A stretch of DNA of 48,954 bases from a virus. Lineage: Duplodnaviria > Caudoviricetes. This document shows positions 25,523 through 34,300 of the stretch, piece by piece (position 1 is the first letter of the stretch; every line of letters begins with the position of its first letter). Location of the stretch: the IMG/VR virus record IMGVR_UViG_3300048856_000133, positions 1 to 48,954 of that record. One strand, written 5' to 3'. A program made the translations under genes and the position numbers. A model generated the notes under the pieces. The model ran no database searches and was not told the origin of the DNA. It was given only the letters and a program-made list of their open reading frames with translations.

Positions 25523-27222
25523 TGTGCGACCATCCCATCCATCATGCCGCTAGCTTGCGCCTGAGCGGCGGCCGGGACAGCGTCCTTGGCAACCTGCGCT
25601 GCCTGCTGCATGGCGGCGAGGCCCTGCTGCGCCTGTTGTGCCTGAGCACGCTGCTCCCTGAGAGCGGCGACCTCTTCAGTGCGGCGCACCACCCGCTGCG
25701 GCGTCCTGCCGGCCCCGTGGATGACCTTGAAGGCTTCGTCGCTATCCAGGTTGTCCATGATGGTCGGATCAGCCTTTGCCATGCCCATGGCAGCCTGCAT
25801 GAGCTGCATGGTGTCCCTCGCCTCTGCCGAGCGCCGGAGCACATCGAGCGGCGACGTGAAGGTCGGGCGGATGTCCTTGCCGGCGAGCGAAGCCGGCGGG
25901 ATGAACCGCGAGCCCTCGTCGTAGAGCCCCTTGGCTTCAAGGATCGACAATTCACGATCGAGGTTCTGGCCAAGCCCGCGCTGAATGACAGAGCCGGCAG
26001 GCCCGAGCAGCGCGCCCTTCTCCTCTTGGCGGATCAGAGCTTCCGTCGCGGTCATGTCGGGATGGTTGATGAGCGTCTGAAACAAGCTGACGAACATCAT
26101 GTCCTTGATCTCCTCAGCACGCTGTGCAGCGTACTCGAAGGCATAGGACGGATTCTGGCCAGTGTTGATCGGCTGCACCATCATGCGGCCGTTGTCGTCG
26201 ATCAGGCCCTCATAGTTGGCGCCGGGGTTCAGCGTCGGGACGTAGTCGAGATCCTTGGACGATGCGGTCGCCGGGTCGGTGATCTGCTGCAAGGCGCGAA
26301 GACCGGTCTTGCGAACGGCGTTCAGCTCCATGACCGTGGTCAGCGCGCGGATCGTCGGGCTCGTGCCGTAGACGTCGCCCTCGTACCGGCGCCAGTTGAA
26401 GCAGGCGACAGGGAAGCTCTGGAACGACTTCTCCATCGCGACATGCTCTTCAGCCTCGATCACATGATACGAGACCCAAGGGCTATCGAGATAGACCCGC
26501 TCCCCTGCCAGATTGTACATGCGGCGCTCATTGCGCGGCTGCAAGGCCTGGATGATCGAGACGGGCTTGAGCGCCTGGACGGGATCGTTCGCCATCCCCC
26601 GGATCGACGCAGGCAGGTTGTCGAAGCCGACGAGCTGCGCCAGTTCCCGCGCTGAGCGGGAATAGCGGCGGTGGAACACATCAACCTCGCCCCAGCGGTT
26701 GCGGGCGATGAAGGCTTCGTTGACCGGGATCGAGGCGTATCGGATATGCGCGCCCTTGAATCCCTCCTCGGCATAGAGATAGGCCGGGCCGAAGCGCACC
26801 ACGTTGGCATAGACCGCCTGGATGGCAGGAACGAAGTTGGACGCGGAGGAATAGCGGACGCTGAACAGGAAATCGCGCAGGCCTTCGCCCCACTCCTTTT
26901 CCTCTTCGGTCTCCTCGTCGTCGATGTCCTCGGTGGAAATGCCGTGCCACTTCTCGCTCTGAGGCGTGATCAGGCTTTCGAGGCCAGCGGTCAGCCGCTC
27001 CTCGGCCGACGCGATGGTGTTGTCATAGACGCGCGCGCCGCGGCGAGCCTGACGCTCAGCCTGGTTCGACTTGTCATCCGCCCGCCCGCCGCGCCAGTTC
27101 ATGGGCGGGGAATCCGGCGCGCAGAATTCAGCCACCCGCTCCCACGTCCCCTCGTAGGCAGAGCGGATCGTCTCCATCTCGCCCTGGCGCTGGAGAATGG
27201 TGCGGGCGATCTCGCTGCTCAT
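25519..27222 (-). CDS. Portal (head-tail connector), T7/BPP-1 type
   Basis: VYDNT...L.AGL, FGPA, YGTSP, MTATEALIRQEEK..LLGP. Confidence 0.92.
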   Translation of the reverse strand: MSSEIARTILQRQGEMETIRSAYEGTWERVAEFCAPDSPPMNWRGGRADDKSNQAERQARRGARVYDNTIASAEERLTAGLESLITPQSEKWHGISTEDIDDEETEEEKEWGEGLRDFLFSVRYSSASNFVPAIQAVYANVVRFGPAYLYAEEGFKGAHIRYASIPVNEAFIARNRWGEVDVFHRRYSRSARELAQLVGFDNLPASIRGMANDPVQALKPVSIIQALQPRNERRMYNLAGERVYLDSPWVSYHVIEAEEHVAMEKSFQSFPVACFNWRRYEGDVYGTSPTIRALTTVMELNAVRKTGLRALQQITDPATASSKDLDYVPTLNPGANYEGLIDDNGRMMVQPINTGQNPSYAFEYAAQRAEEIKDMMFVSLFQTLINHPDMTATEALIRQEEKGALLGPAGSVIQRGLGQNLDRELSILEAKGLYDEGSRFIPPASLAGKDIRPTFTSPLDVLRRSAEARDTMQLMQAAMGMAKADPTIMDNLDSDEAFKVIHGAGRTPQRVVRRTEEVAALREQRAQAQQAQQGLAAMQQAAQVAKDAVPAAAQAQASGMMDGMVAQ

Positions 27223-27223
27223 G

Positions 27224-27418
27224 CTAGACGCCCAACAGCACTTTTTTCGTGCCGGTCACGTCGGACGGCGCGAGGTCGGACTTCAGCGTCGTCGCACGGC
27301 CACCAGTCGCGGCGAGGCGAGCCTGCTCCTGGCGCTGGCGCTGGCGCACGGCGTCGTCATCGATCGTGGGTGTCGGCGGGAGCGGCTTGGGCTCCGGGAC
27401 CTTCGAGCTGAAACACAT
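27224..27418 (-). CDS. Small virion protein upstream of the portal
   Basis: MCFSSKVPEPKP...GGRATTL...KKVLLG pattern. Confidence 0.7.
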   Translation of the reverse strand: MCFSSKVPEPKPLPPTPTIDDDAVRQRQRQEQARLAATGGRATTLKSDLAPSDVTGTKKVLLGV

Positions 27419-27878
27419 CGCGCGTCCATTCGTATAGGAGAAACGTTTCGCCACCCCGGCCGAAGCAGGGCAGCTCGCACCGCAGCGAAGCACCCATGGC
27501 CGACAGCCACCGATGCGCGGTGAAGTGTGAGGCGAGCGCGCGGGCTTCCACACGCTGGGCATCCGTGGCCAGCAGATCAGGCACCATGACATCGCGGCAG
27601 AAGCGGGTGATAATCGGGATGGCCCGAGATATGCGCTTGGTGCCGAAGCTCCAGGCAGCCCACAGGTGATCGCCTGCGATGCGACAGGCACCGAAGGCCG
27701 CTTCCGGGTTCCCATCCACCTCGACCACATAGGCGCGGTCGCGAAGGTGAATGGCGGCAATGTCCATGTAATGCAGCGGGCCGAGTACCGCGGTGCTCTC
27801 GGCCTTGTCTTCCTGCCGCATGTTGGCTGTGATGTAGGAGAGGTCGCGAAAATTAGCGCCGATGACGCGGGCAGGCAT
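27357..27878 (-). CDS. GNAT-like virion assembly protein (T7 gp13-like)
   Basis: NMRQEDKAE, AHRWLSAMGA, GRGGETF. Confidence 0.65.
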   Translation of the reverse strand: MPARVIGANFRDLSYITANMRQEDKAESTAVLGPLHYMDIAAIHLRDRAYVVEVDGNPEAAFGACRIAGDHLWAAWSFGTKRISRAIPIITRFCRDVMVPDLLATDAQRVEARALASHFTAHRWLSAMGASLRCELPCFGRGGETFLLYEWTRDVFQLEGPGAQAAPADTHDR

Positions 27879-28099
27879 TACGAGACGGCGACAGCCGCAC
27901 CGAGGAGCACGCGCAGCCAGCTCGTGCCATTGCTGTACGCCAGGCAGGGCGAGCCAGCAGCGCCGTTGGTGCAGTAGAGCAGCCGCCCAGTGTTGGCCGA
28001 AGCCGCCGGCAGAGCCGCCACTGTGGACGAGGTGAGAGCCTTGGAGGCGTTGATCGAGCGAGTGCCCGTCTTGCCGCGGGCGAGATCGTTGACTGCCAT
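27878..28099 (-). CDS. Small virion decoration/head-spike-like protein
   Basis: TVAALPAASANTGRLLYCTNG...LAYSNGTSW; AGGAG RBS. Confidence 0.55.
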   Translation of the reverse strand: MAVNDLARGKTGTRSINASKALTSSTVAALPAASANTGRLLYCTNGAAGSPCLAYSNGTSWLRVLLGAAVAVS

Positions 28100-28108
28100 G
28101 GTGTGCTC

Positions 28109-29665
28109 CTATCGGAATGCTGCGAGGGGGTCGGAAATCTGCTGCGGCTTCTTGCGCCCGGCCTTGACGATCTGGCGGGCAATGCTGCGGTCCCGGTGGA
28201 ACCAGGCCATGATCACCGCATCAGCCTCGTCGGTAGAGGATCCGAGACGCACGCGGATGTCGTCCTTGCTCTCGATCTGGATGCGGTCGCCTCGAAGCTT
28301 CCACGTCGGCGCGGTGAGCTGAGCCTGAAGCCTGGGCTCGGGTGGCAGCTCAATCACCGAACCGTTCGATGGGTCTAGGCTTTCCCGCAGCGTCCACCAG
28401 CTTTCAGAGCGGAGGTTGAGGAAGCCGAGCTTGCCGTCCTTGGTGCGGGCGCCCGTGCCACCAGAGGCGACGAAGGCTTCCGAGTTGATGTCGTGGTGCG
28501 TCTTCAGGTGATCGCGCACCGAGCCGCCCCAGCCGCCCGTCAGATCGATCGTGACGCCGCAGTCGTCGCGGCGGTTGGCGAGAACCATCAGGGCCACGGA
28601 TGGCCCGTCCGGCGTGTCCTTGCCCTTCTCTCGCACGATCTTGTCGAAGCGAGCACCATAGAGCGGGGCGATGGTCGTGGCGTCCGCACCGCCCTGTGCA
28701 ACGTCCACACCCATGTGGAGCATGCGGCCAAGCGGCCGTTCTGAATTGTTGCGCCAGCGATCCTGAGCCAGCAGCACCCATTCGGTCGGGATGACCTGGT
28801 AGGGGTCGTCCTTGCGGCCCGCGAGGAAGTCGCCGTGAAGGAGCTGCGAGCGAAGCGGCTCGGGCATCGCGTTGATTTGCGCCCGGTAGTTCGTGTCCTT
28901 CAGATAGATGTTGTCGTCGAGCTTCGACGGGATGAACGTCCGAGACAGCGCCTCGTATTCCACACCCTCGACCATGTGCTTGCCGGGGCCGCTCACCCAC
29001 ACCGTGCGGATTTCGTTCTGGTCGCCGATCGTCACAGCCCAGCGGATCTCGCCAGGCTTGGCAGGATCGGAGAAGGCCGGGTCCAGCCACGGGGCGAACC
29101 ACTCGACCAGCCATTGCCCATCGCCACCGAGAGGCGGGTTGGAAGCAATCACCGCCCGGCAGCGACGCCCAGATGCGGAGCGAAGCCAGCCGAGGACGAA
29201 GTTGACCTTGTAGGCCGTGAGCTGAGCGCCCTCGTCAAAGCCGATGAAGTCGTGCGGCCTGCCCTGCCAGCCGCGTTCCGAACCTGGGTTCTCCAAGTGG
29301 CCGCATTCGATCAGCCTGCCATCTTTCGTGACCAGCCGCTTCTTGACGCTGTCGGCCCGTTCGTTGTCGGGCGAGATTTCCGTGAGACGATCCCAGAAGC
29401 CGTCGAGGTCGTTGGACTGGCGCCGGAAGATGACAGACCGCTCGTGATCCGTGAGGCATAGGCCGCAGAGCAGATCCGTCTTGCCGCCCCCCGCCGCCCC
29501 GCCGTAGAGGAGGAGATCAGCCTGAGAGAAGAACGCGTCTGTCTGAGGGCCTGGCTGGGGGAGCCACTTCATCGCCAGTTCGACGCCGAGCGCCTTGTCT
29601 AGCTCTGCCTTATCCTCATCGCTCATGCCGGCGAGTAGGGCCTTGAGGTCCGCGAAAGTGTCCAT
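28109..29665 (-). CDS. terL: Terminase large subunit
   Basis: PQPGPQ, YGGAAGGGKT Walker A, IGFDE Walker B, ASNP, GVDVAQGGAD nuclease, STDEADA. Confidence 0.93.
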   Translation of the reverse strand: MDTFADLKALLAGMSDEDKAELDKALGVELAMKWLPQPGPQTDAFFSQADLLLYGGAAGGGKTDLLCGLCLTDHERSVIFRRQSNDLDGFWDRLTEISPDNERADSVKKRLVTKDGRLIECGHLENPGSERGWQGRPHDFIGFDEGAQLTAYKVNFVLGWLRSASGRRCRAVIASNPPLGGDGQWLVEWFAPWLDPAFSDPAKPGEIRWAVTIGDQNEIRTVWVSGPGKHMVEGVEYEALSRTFIPSKLDDNIYLKDTNYRAQINAMPEPLRSQLLHGDFLAGRKDDPYQVIPTEWVLLAQDRWRNNSERPLGRMLHMGVDVAQGGADATTIAPLYGARFDKIVREKGKDTPDGPSVALMVLANRRDDCGVTIDLTGGWGGSVRDHLKTHHDINSEAFVASGGTGARTKDGKLGFLNLRSESWWTLRESLDPSNGSVIELPPEPRLQAQLTAPTWKLRGDRIQIESKDDIRVRLGSSTDEADAVIMAWFHRDRSIARQIVKAGRKKPQQISDPLAAFR

Positions 29666-29703
29666 GGCGCAAAATCATTTCTACTGGCCCGGGACCATGC
29701 GGA

Positions 29704-30198
29704 TTATTTTGCTACGGTAGCCCTCGCAGCCTTTGTCGCGAGCATCGCCATCGCCTTGGCGCGGTCGGTGTCCGTCACGGTGGACATCTCGATCGGCTTG
29801 TCGCCGCCCTCGTGGATGTTAGTGAGCTTGTCGCCGTACACCTTGGGGCGCAGCTTGCCGGCCATCCACTTGCGAGCGTCGACTTGCAGCCGCCGGTGTT
29901 CGATCATGTCGCCCGTCTGTGTCTCGACAGAGCCATCCTCCTTCGTCTTCGTCTTCACGCCCTGGACAGGCGTATCAGCGATGAAGAGGATTTCGTCAAA
30001 GATCGCATCAGCTTGGGCTTCCCTCGCCCGTGCGTATTGCTCCCGAAACATCTCGTCAGCAGCAAGCCACCTGAAGACCATCGACTGCGAAGGCATCGCA
30101 TCATCCCGGCAAATGGACCGGAGGCTTTCCCCTTCGGCCAGTCGCTCGCAAATGATGTCGCCTATCTCCAGCGTGTAGGAGGAGGGCCGTCCGGTCAT
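29704..30198 (-). CDS. terS: Terminase small subunit (Sf6 gp1-like)
   Basis: GRPSSY...ICERLAEGESLRSIC...RLQVDARKW...PKVYGD. Confidence 0.9.
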   Translation of the reverse strand: MTGRPSSYTLEIGDIICERLAEGESLRSICRDDAMPSQSMVFRWLAADEMFREQYARAREAQADAIFDEILFIADTPVQGVKTKTKEDGSVETQTGDMIEHRRLQVDARKWMAGKLRPKVYGDKLTNIHEGGDKPIEMSTVTDTDRAKAMAMLATKAARATVAK

Positions 30199-30395
30199 TA
30201 GATGGCACCTGGGATCGGCTTCAAGAGAAAAAGCTGGTCCTCCCGAAGCCCCTGTCTACGCCAATACGCGTACTCGGTGGGGCCGCAGTACATCTTTAAC
30301 TGGACGTGCGGCGTAACCGCCGCCTCCTCTAGCGCGCCCATCAAAGCGGCAATGTCGCGACGCAGGCTCTCACTTATCATTGGGGCGTCAGTCAT
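30198..30395 (-). CDS. Hypothetical protein
   Basis: Translationally coupled small ORF. Confidence 0.5.
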   Translation of the reverse strand: MTDAPMISESLRRDIAALMGALEEAAVTPHVQLKMYCGPTEYAYWRRQGLREDQLFLLKPIPGAI

Positions 30396-30616
30396 TCAGT
30401 GCTCGCTCTTGCCTTTGCCGAGAGCACCGCGCCCGCAAGCGATCGCGCCTCTTGGTCAGTGGGCTGATGCCCCGCTAGAACCTTGCCTGCGAGCGACGGC
30501 GTTGTCTCCGCCCCCGAGGGCTGGCGTTCCTGCTTCAGCGCTTCGTAGTTTGCTCTGCCTACGTTCCAGACTGCCCAGGGGTTGGCGCCGTTCGGCCATG
30601 TGCCTCTGGTTGTCAT
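30392..30616 (-). CDS. Hypothetical protein
   Basis: GAGGA RBS; coupled to the next ORF. Confidence 0.5.
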   Translation of the reverse strand: MTTRGTWPNGANPWAVWNVGRANYEALKQERQPSGAETTPSLAGKVLAGHQPTDQEARSLAGAVLSAKARASTE

Positions 30617-30658
30617 GCTGTCCTCATGCCGGTCTGAGCGGCCATGTGGGTTTCTGTC

Positions 30659-30850
30659 TTATGCGTCTTCGCCATGTCCGCTGCACACAATGCGCCGGAT
30701 CTCATAAGCCGGGTGCTGGCTAGACCAGAGGGCCGCGGTGACCATGGCCTGAGCCTGGCAGGCGTGGATGGTTTCGCCTTGGCCTGCGGTGTAGTGGCGG
30801 CACTGGTCGGGAGCGGAGATCAAGCAGGCGAGAATGATGAGGTCGATCAC
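30659..30850 (-). CDS. Small Cys-containing hypothetical protein
   Basis: MIDLIILACLISAPDQC...C...W...C. Confidence 0.55.
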   Translation of the reverse strand: MIDLIILACLISAPDQCRHYTAGQGETIHACQAQAMVTAALWSSQHPAYEIRRIVCSGHGEDA

Positions 30851-30981
30851 GACCGCTTAGCCCTCTCTTGCTGCAGGCGACGGTCATAGGCCACACGCAC
30901 ACGGGCAGCGTAGTGGCCGACCATTTCGGGCCAAGCGAGAGCCACAAGAACCCAGGCTAAGACAAAGTATGAAAGGATCAT
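30847..30981 (-). CDS. Small 1-TM protein
   Basis: MILSYFVLAWVLVALAWP; GAGG RBS. Confidence 0.45.
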   Translation of the reverse strand: MILSYFVLAWVLVALAWPEMVGHYAARVRVAYDRRLQQERAKRS

Positions 30982-30994
30982 GCTCTGCCTCTTG

Positions 30995-31201
30995 TCAGTT
31001 GCGGCCGAGATTATCGTAAAGGCCCTTGCGAGCGGCAAGGATGCGCGGGTGCACTTTCGTCCCACGCTTGGCCCTCTCTGCCGCTGCGAGCGCATGCCCC
31101 TCAGCCATCTGGGCACGGAGCACAGCAATCTCATCCGCGTTGAAGAAAGTGCCCCAGCCACTGGCGCACTTCACGCACTCGCAGGCGTCTTGCTCGTCCA
31201 T
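30995..31201 (-). CDS. Hypothetical protein; first late-operon ORF
   Basis: MDEQDACECVKC. Confidence 0.45.
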   Translation of the reverse strand: MDEQDACECVKCASGWGTFFNADEIAVLRAQMAEGHALAAAERAKRGTKVHPRILAARKGLYDNLGRN

Positions 31202-31219
31202 TGGCCTTGCTCGCTTGGG

Positions 31220-31895
31220 ATGAGGTAGAGTGCTGCCAGCCTGCGCAGCGCCCGGGACTTGTTACCGCCGGGTGGCCAAACCCGGCACTCTTCCGTGTGA
31301 TTACCCGGAGACAACGCCTAAGCGCCACCTGATGAAGCATCCCCCGGCCGCCGTCATCTGGCCCACGCATTACGTGAGCCTCAAGCGGCCAGGGGAATGA
31401 GGATGAGCGCTGCCGACCTGCCCGGCGCTATGCGGTATCTGGCGCTCCAGCACGAACCCCGCCCGTTTCACCACCATAGAAAAAGGGGAACGGGATGCGT
31501 GCTGTTTTCTAGAAAGTCCCTGGCGACCGCGTAATTCGCAATCCTTGGCTATCCTTGCGGACCAGTGTCAGGAGCGGGCGAGGACTCCAACACCCCTCGC
31601 ATGGCACCGGCTACTGATGATGCGTCACTACGCTAGGCAGTGCGGCATCACCCATCATCACTGGCTACGGCTTGGAGATTCACCGTGTCGCCGCTCCTGA
31701 TGGGGTAGAAGGCCGCTCCAGTTTCCCGGGGCGGCCTTCATCTGATAGGGCCTGCCTATCAGGGGGATTTTGACCGATACCGCAGTTTGTCACCATCGGA
31801 CTGATGAATCATAACGCTTCAGCGGCGTAGCTGCCCCGGCTCTCACCGGTATCTGACGAAGAAGGCCGGGTGCGTCCATAGCACTCCGACCTTCT
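31220..31895 (-). ncRNA. Structured late leader / cluster of putative small RNAs
   Basis: No credible ORF; at least seven stem-loop or multibranch elements; G-U pairs favour the minus strand. Confidence 0.55.
31568..31700 (-). ncRNA. 133-nt cloverleaf-like RNA with complementary loops (not a canonical tRNA)
   Basis: 10-bp closing stem TCAGGAGCGG/CCGCTCCTGA; three arms; loops carry CTCCAA and TTGGAG. Confidence 0.55.
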
Positions 31896-31905
31896 ATTAA
31901 TCCAC

Positions 31906-31934
31906 TTTCTATCGCGCGCGCGGGCGCAAGTCAA
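31906..31934 (-). promoter_or_regulatory. Putative late promoter (pR'-like)
   Basis: Minus strand TTGACT-N17-TAGAAA overlapping the stop of the late regulator gene. Confidence 0.6.
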
Positions 31935-32524
31935 GCACCCCTCTTCGAGAAGCGCAAGGCCTGATGCACCGCGTTGAGGCCACACCTGAGCGAGCCCAGC
32001 ATCGCCTCTCCTGTCGGCTCCCGGTCGTCGATCACCACATGTTCCAGTGCTGCCAGGGCGCCCGTATCGCCGCAGGACAGCACCGCGCTCTGCACCGCGT
32101 GATAGGCGGCTATGGCTGCCTTGCACTTCTTCACATATCCGGCATCGTCGCCGTTCGTGCCGTCGAACCCGCCTTTGCCGTCGACGTAGTTGGTCGAGGT
32201 GGTCAGGGGCCGGGAGAGATAGGCGCGATCAGCGGCGGCGCGTCGTTCGTGGAAGTCGAGGGCTGCTTGCTTCAGATCCGCGGCCTGCTGCTTGAGCCCT
32301 AGCCGTCCCTCTAGCAGGAGCCGGCCAACGGCGTGCCCCGCCTCCGGCAAGACGGCTGCGGCCGGGTCCATGCCGAATACTCTCACCCTCGCCTCTGTGG
32401 CGGTCCTGCGGATGCTCTCCAGGCTCTCGTTCTTGACCTTGCCGCTCTTCTCGTAGCGATCGGCTGTGAGGAGAGGCTTGCGCCCGACGCGCTTGGCAGC
32501 CTGCTTCATGCTGCGGGTCCTCAT
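31931..32524 (-). CDS. Putative late-gene regulator (Q position)
   Basis: Last early-right gene before the late promoter; GRLLLEG, LRCGLNAV; GGAGG RBS. Confidence 0.6.
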   Translation of the reverse strand: MRTRSMKQAAKRVGRKPLLTADRYEKSGKVKNESLESIRRTATEARVRVFGMDPAAAVLPEAGHAVGRLLLEGRLGLKQQAADLKQAALDFHERRAAADRAYLSRPLTTSTNYVDGKGGFDGTNGDDAGYVKKCKAAIAAYHAVQSAVLSCGDTGALAALEHVVIDDREPTGEAMLGSLRCGLNAVHQALRFSKRGA

Positions 32525-32688
32525 GGCCGAGCCTCCAAAACTTCCTGCCCGACACAAGACACGACAAGTGCGACCAGCACCGCTGGAACAACCCACCACG
32601 GGCTAAACCCTGCGTGAATGAAGACGCCGCAGAGGACGATGCTGTAGAAATCGACCCTGTTAAACTTCGGCGCGAAGAGCACGCTCAT
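32521..32688 (-). CDS. 55-aa membrane peptide (not in the ORF track)
   Basis: [43 protein letters not shown]; ATGA overlaps on both sides. Confidence 0.55.
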   Translation of the reverse strand: MSVLFAPKFNRVDFYSIVLCGVFIHAGFSPWWVVPAVLVALVVSCVGQEVLEARP

Positions 32689-33098
32689 GAGATGCCCCCC
32701 ACATGCCGGCCCATCTTCAGCCGCTTCTTAGGGTAGCGGCGGATGGACTGTAGGGCGCTGGTGTGGTCGCGATTGCCGACGATTGTGCCGATGCACGGAA
32801 GGCTGGCGCCCGTGCGGCGTCGCATCCAGTAGACCGCTGCATCACGCACCAGACAGACACGATCGCTCTTCGGCCTGCCGACGATGTCGCTGAACGAAAC
32901 GCCGTAGATGCCGGCGAAGCGCCGCAGGATCTTGCGGCAGCGCTCTTCCATGGCCAAGCTGTTCGTGACGAGGCGGCGGGGCTTGCGCATGGCCCCATAC
33001 TTGTTTTCGAATTGCAGCGCGCGGAGCATCCGATCCGCGAGCGAGTTGGCTTCCGCCACATAGGTCGATTGTGCGCGGTGGATGCCCATCAACGCCAC
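32685..33098 (-). CDS. DnaA domain IV (C-terminal HTH)-like protein
   Basis: GVSFSDIVG...VRDAAVY...SLPCIG...NRDHTS. Confidence 0.8.
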   Translation of the reverse strand: MALMGIHRAQSTYVAEANSLADRMLRALQFENKYGAMRKPRRLVTNSLAMEERCRKILRRFAGIYGVSFSDIVGRPKSDRVCLVRDAAVYWMRRRTGASLPCIGTIVGNRDHTSALQSIRRYPKKRLKMGRHVGGIS

Positions 33099-33559
33099 TC
33101 CATGAAAAATGGTATTTCGTCGTCGAGATCGCGCCCAACCACGTTGGCGCCGGGCCGCGCACGTTCCGGCTCTGCCGGCCGCTCCTGCCGCTCCTGCCGA
33201 TCGCCGGGAGGGCTGCCGAGCATCGTGAGGGTGCTACCGAAGCGCTGAAGCACGATCTCGGTGGTGTATTTCTTCTGACCGCTCTGGTCCTCCCAGGAGC
33301 GCGTCTGGAGCTGGCCTTCGATGTAGACCGTCGAGCCCTTGCGCAGGTACTGCTCGGCCACCTTGCAGATGTTCTCGTCGAAAATCACGACGTTGTGCCA
33401 CTCGGTCTTTTCCTTGCGCTCGCCCGAGGACTTGTCGCGCCAGCTCTCGGAAGTAGCGAGGCGCATGTTGACGACGGCGCTGCCGTTGTTCAGCCGTCGC
33501 GTTTCAGGATCTGCGCCGAGATTGCCGACGAGGATGACTTTGTTGACTGAAGCGCTCAT
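33089..33559 (-). CDS. ssb: Single-stranded DNA-binding protein
   Basis: [16 protein letters not shown]...KTEWH...LDDEIPF. Confidence 0.96.
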   Translation of the reverse strand: MSASVNKVILVGNLGADPETRRLNNGSAVVNMRLATSESWRDKSSGERKEKTEWHNVVIFDENICKVAEQYLRKGSTVYIEGQLQTRSWEDQSGQKKYTTEIVLQRFGSTLTMLGSPPGDRQERQERPAEPERARPGANVVGRDLDDEIPFFMEWR

Positions 33560-33978
33560 TGCATGCTCCTGAAAGACCGGCGGGTGAGAGCGGCGAGCTT
33601 TTCCCTCGCGGCCTCCATCTGCTCTGGGGTGTATTTCTCTGATGTGATCTGCTTTGGCGCCGGAGTGGCCGCGATTGCCTCGGCCCTCAGCCTGGCAGTC
33701 TCGAACCCGACAATTGCCCGCGCCAGAATGGCCAGCTGCGGGGCCTTGGGCGGGAACGACGCCTGCTCAAGCGTCCGCCCATCGGTTCCGGTGACAACGC
33801 GCCTCACGGCCCGCTCTATGGCCCAGAGCGGCAGTCCTTCGACCGCAGCCGTCATGGCCTCCAGTTCCATCGGAAGGAGCGAGGGCCATGTCTTCACCAA
33901 CGCCTTGAGGCACCGCATGACGTCGCGCTCTTGAGCCGGGCTAGTGTCGATAGTCGAGCAGGTCGAAGGCGTAGCCAT
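33556..33978 (-). CDS. Putative helicase loader/inhibitor-like replication protein
   Basis: [10 protein letters not shown]...FPPKAPQL pattern; located after the initiator-like gene. Confidence 0.5.
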   Translation of the reverse strand: MATPSTCSTIDTSPAQERDVMRCLKALVKTWPSLLPMELEAMTAAVEGLPLWAIERAVRRVVTGTDGRTLEQASFPPKAPQLAILARAIVGFETARLRAEAIAATPAPKQITSEKYTPEQMEAAREKLAALTRRSFRSMQ

Positions 33979-34300
33979 TGTCTCCCTCCCCTTCCAAAAG
34001 CATGAGTGTCATTGTGGCGTTGGCTTCGCGGGCGTTCTGACGGTAGCTCTGCGCTGCACCAGCCTGGACGGGCCACTTCACCTTGTTCGTCAGCCAACCG
34101 CGCGCCATCATTTCCAGCGCTGCGGCGTCTGGGTCCTGGTGCTTACTCAATTCGCGAACGAGACCCTTGGCCGCGCCTGCCGACCAGACGCTTTTCTTGT
34201 CGAGCTTGGCGCGCTTGGTGCGGTATTCGTCCAGATCCAGCGCCGTCTCTTCGGAGAGCACGAGACGCAGAATGGCGGCTGTGTCAGAGGCGCGGGTCAT
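33941..34300 (-). CDS. 119-aa protein resembling only the C-terminal domain of lambdoid replication initiators
   Basis: DEYRTKRAK...AAKGLVREL...DPDAAALEMMARGW; GGAGGG RBS; no N-terminal wHTH and no iterons. Confidence 0.5.
   Translation of the reverse strand: MTRASDTAAILRLVLSEETALDLDEYRTKRAKLDKKSVWSAGAAKGLVRELSKHQDPDAAALEMMARGWLTNKVKWPVQAGAAQSYRQNAREANATMTLMLLEGEGDNGYAFDLLDYRH

Noticed and set aside
31310-31335. CCTAAGCG resembling the pistol ribozyme core
   Set aside because: No matching P1 loop pseudoknot or A-rich linker upstream
31430-31441. ATGCGGTATCTG shared, inverted, with 41135-41146, linking the two structured regions
   Set aside because: A single 12-nt match is too short to separate from chance without homologue data
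31500-31640. HDV/theta ribozyme-like words (TCCTCGC, GCGAAT) on the minus strand
   Set aside because: P1 and P3 of the nested double pseudoknot cannot be built around them
31568-31700. Canonical tRNA gene
   Set aside because: No TTCRA T-loop, no canonical D-loop, oversized middle arm and no CCA; kept only as a tRNA-like RNA
31329-31859. Four CTGANGA hammerhead-core-like words on the plus strand (about 31329, 31615, 31801, 31853)
   Set aside because: None is followed by stem II and GAAA at a workable distance, and wobble pairs favour the other strand
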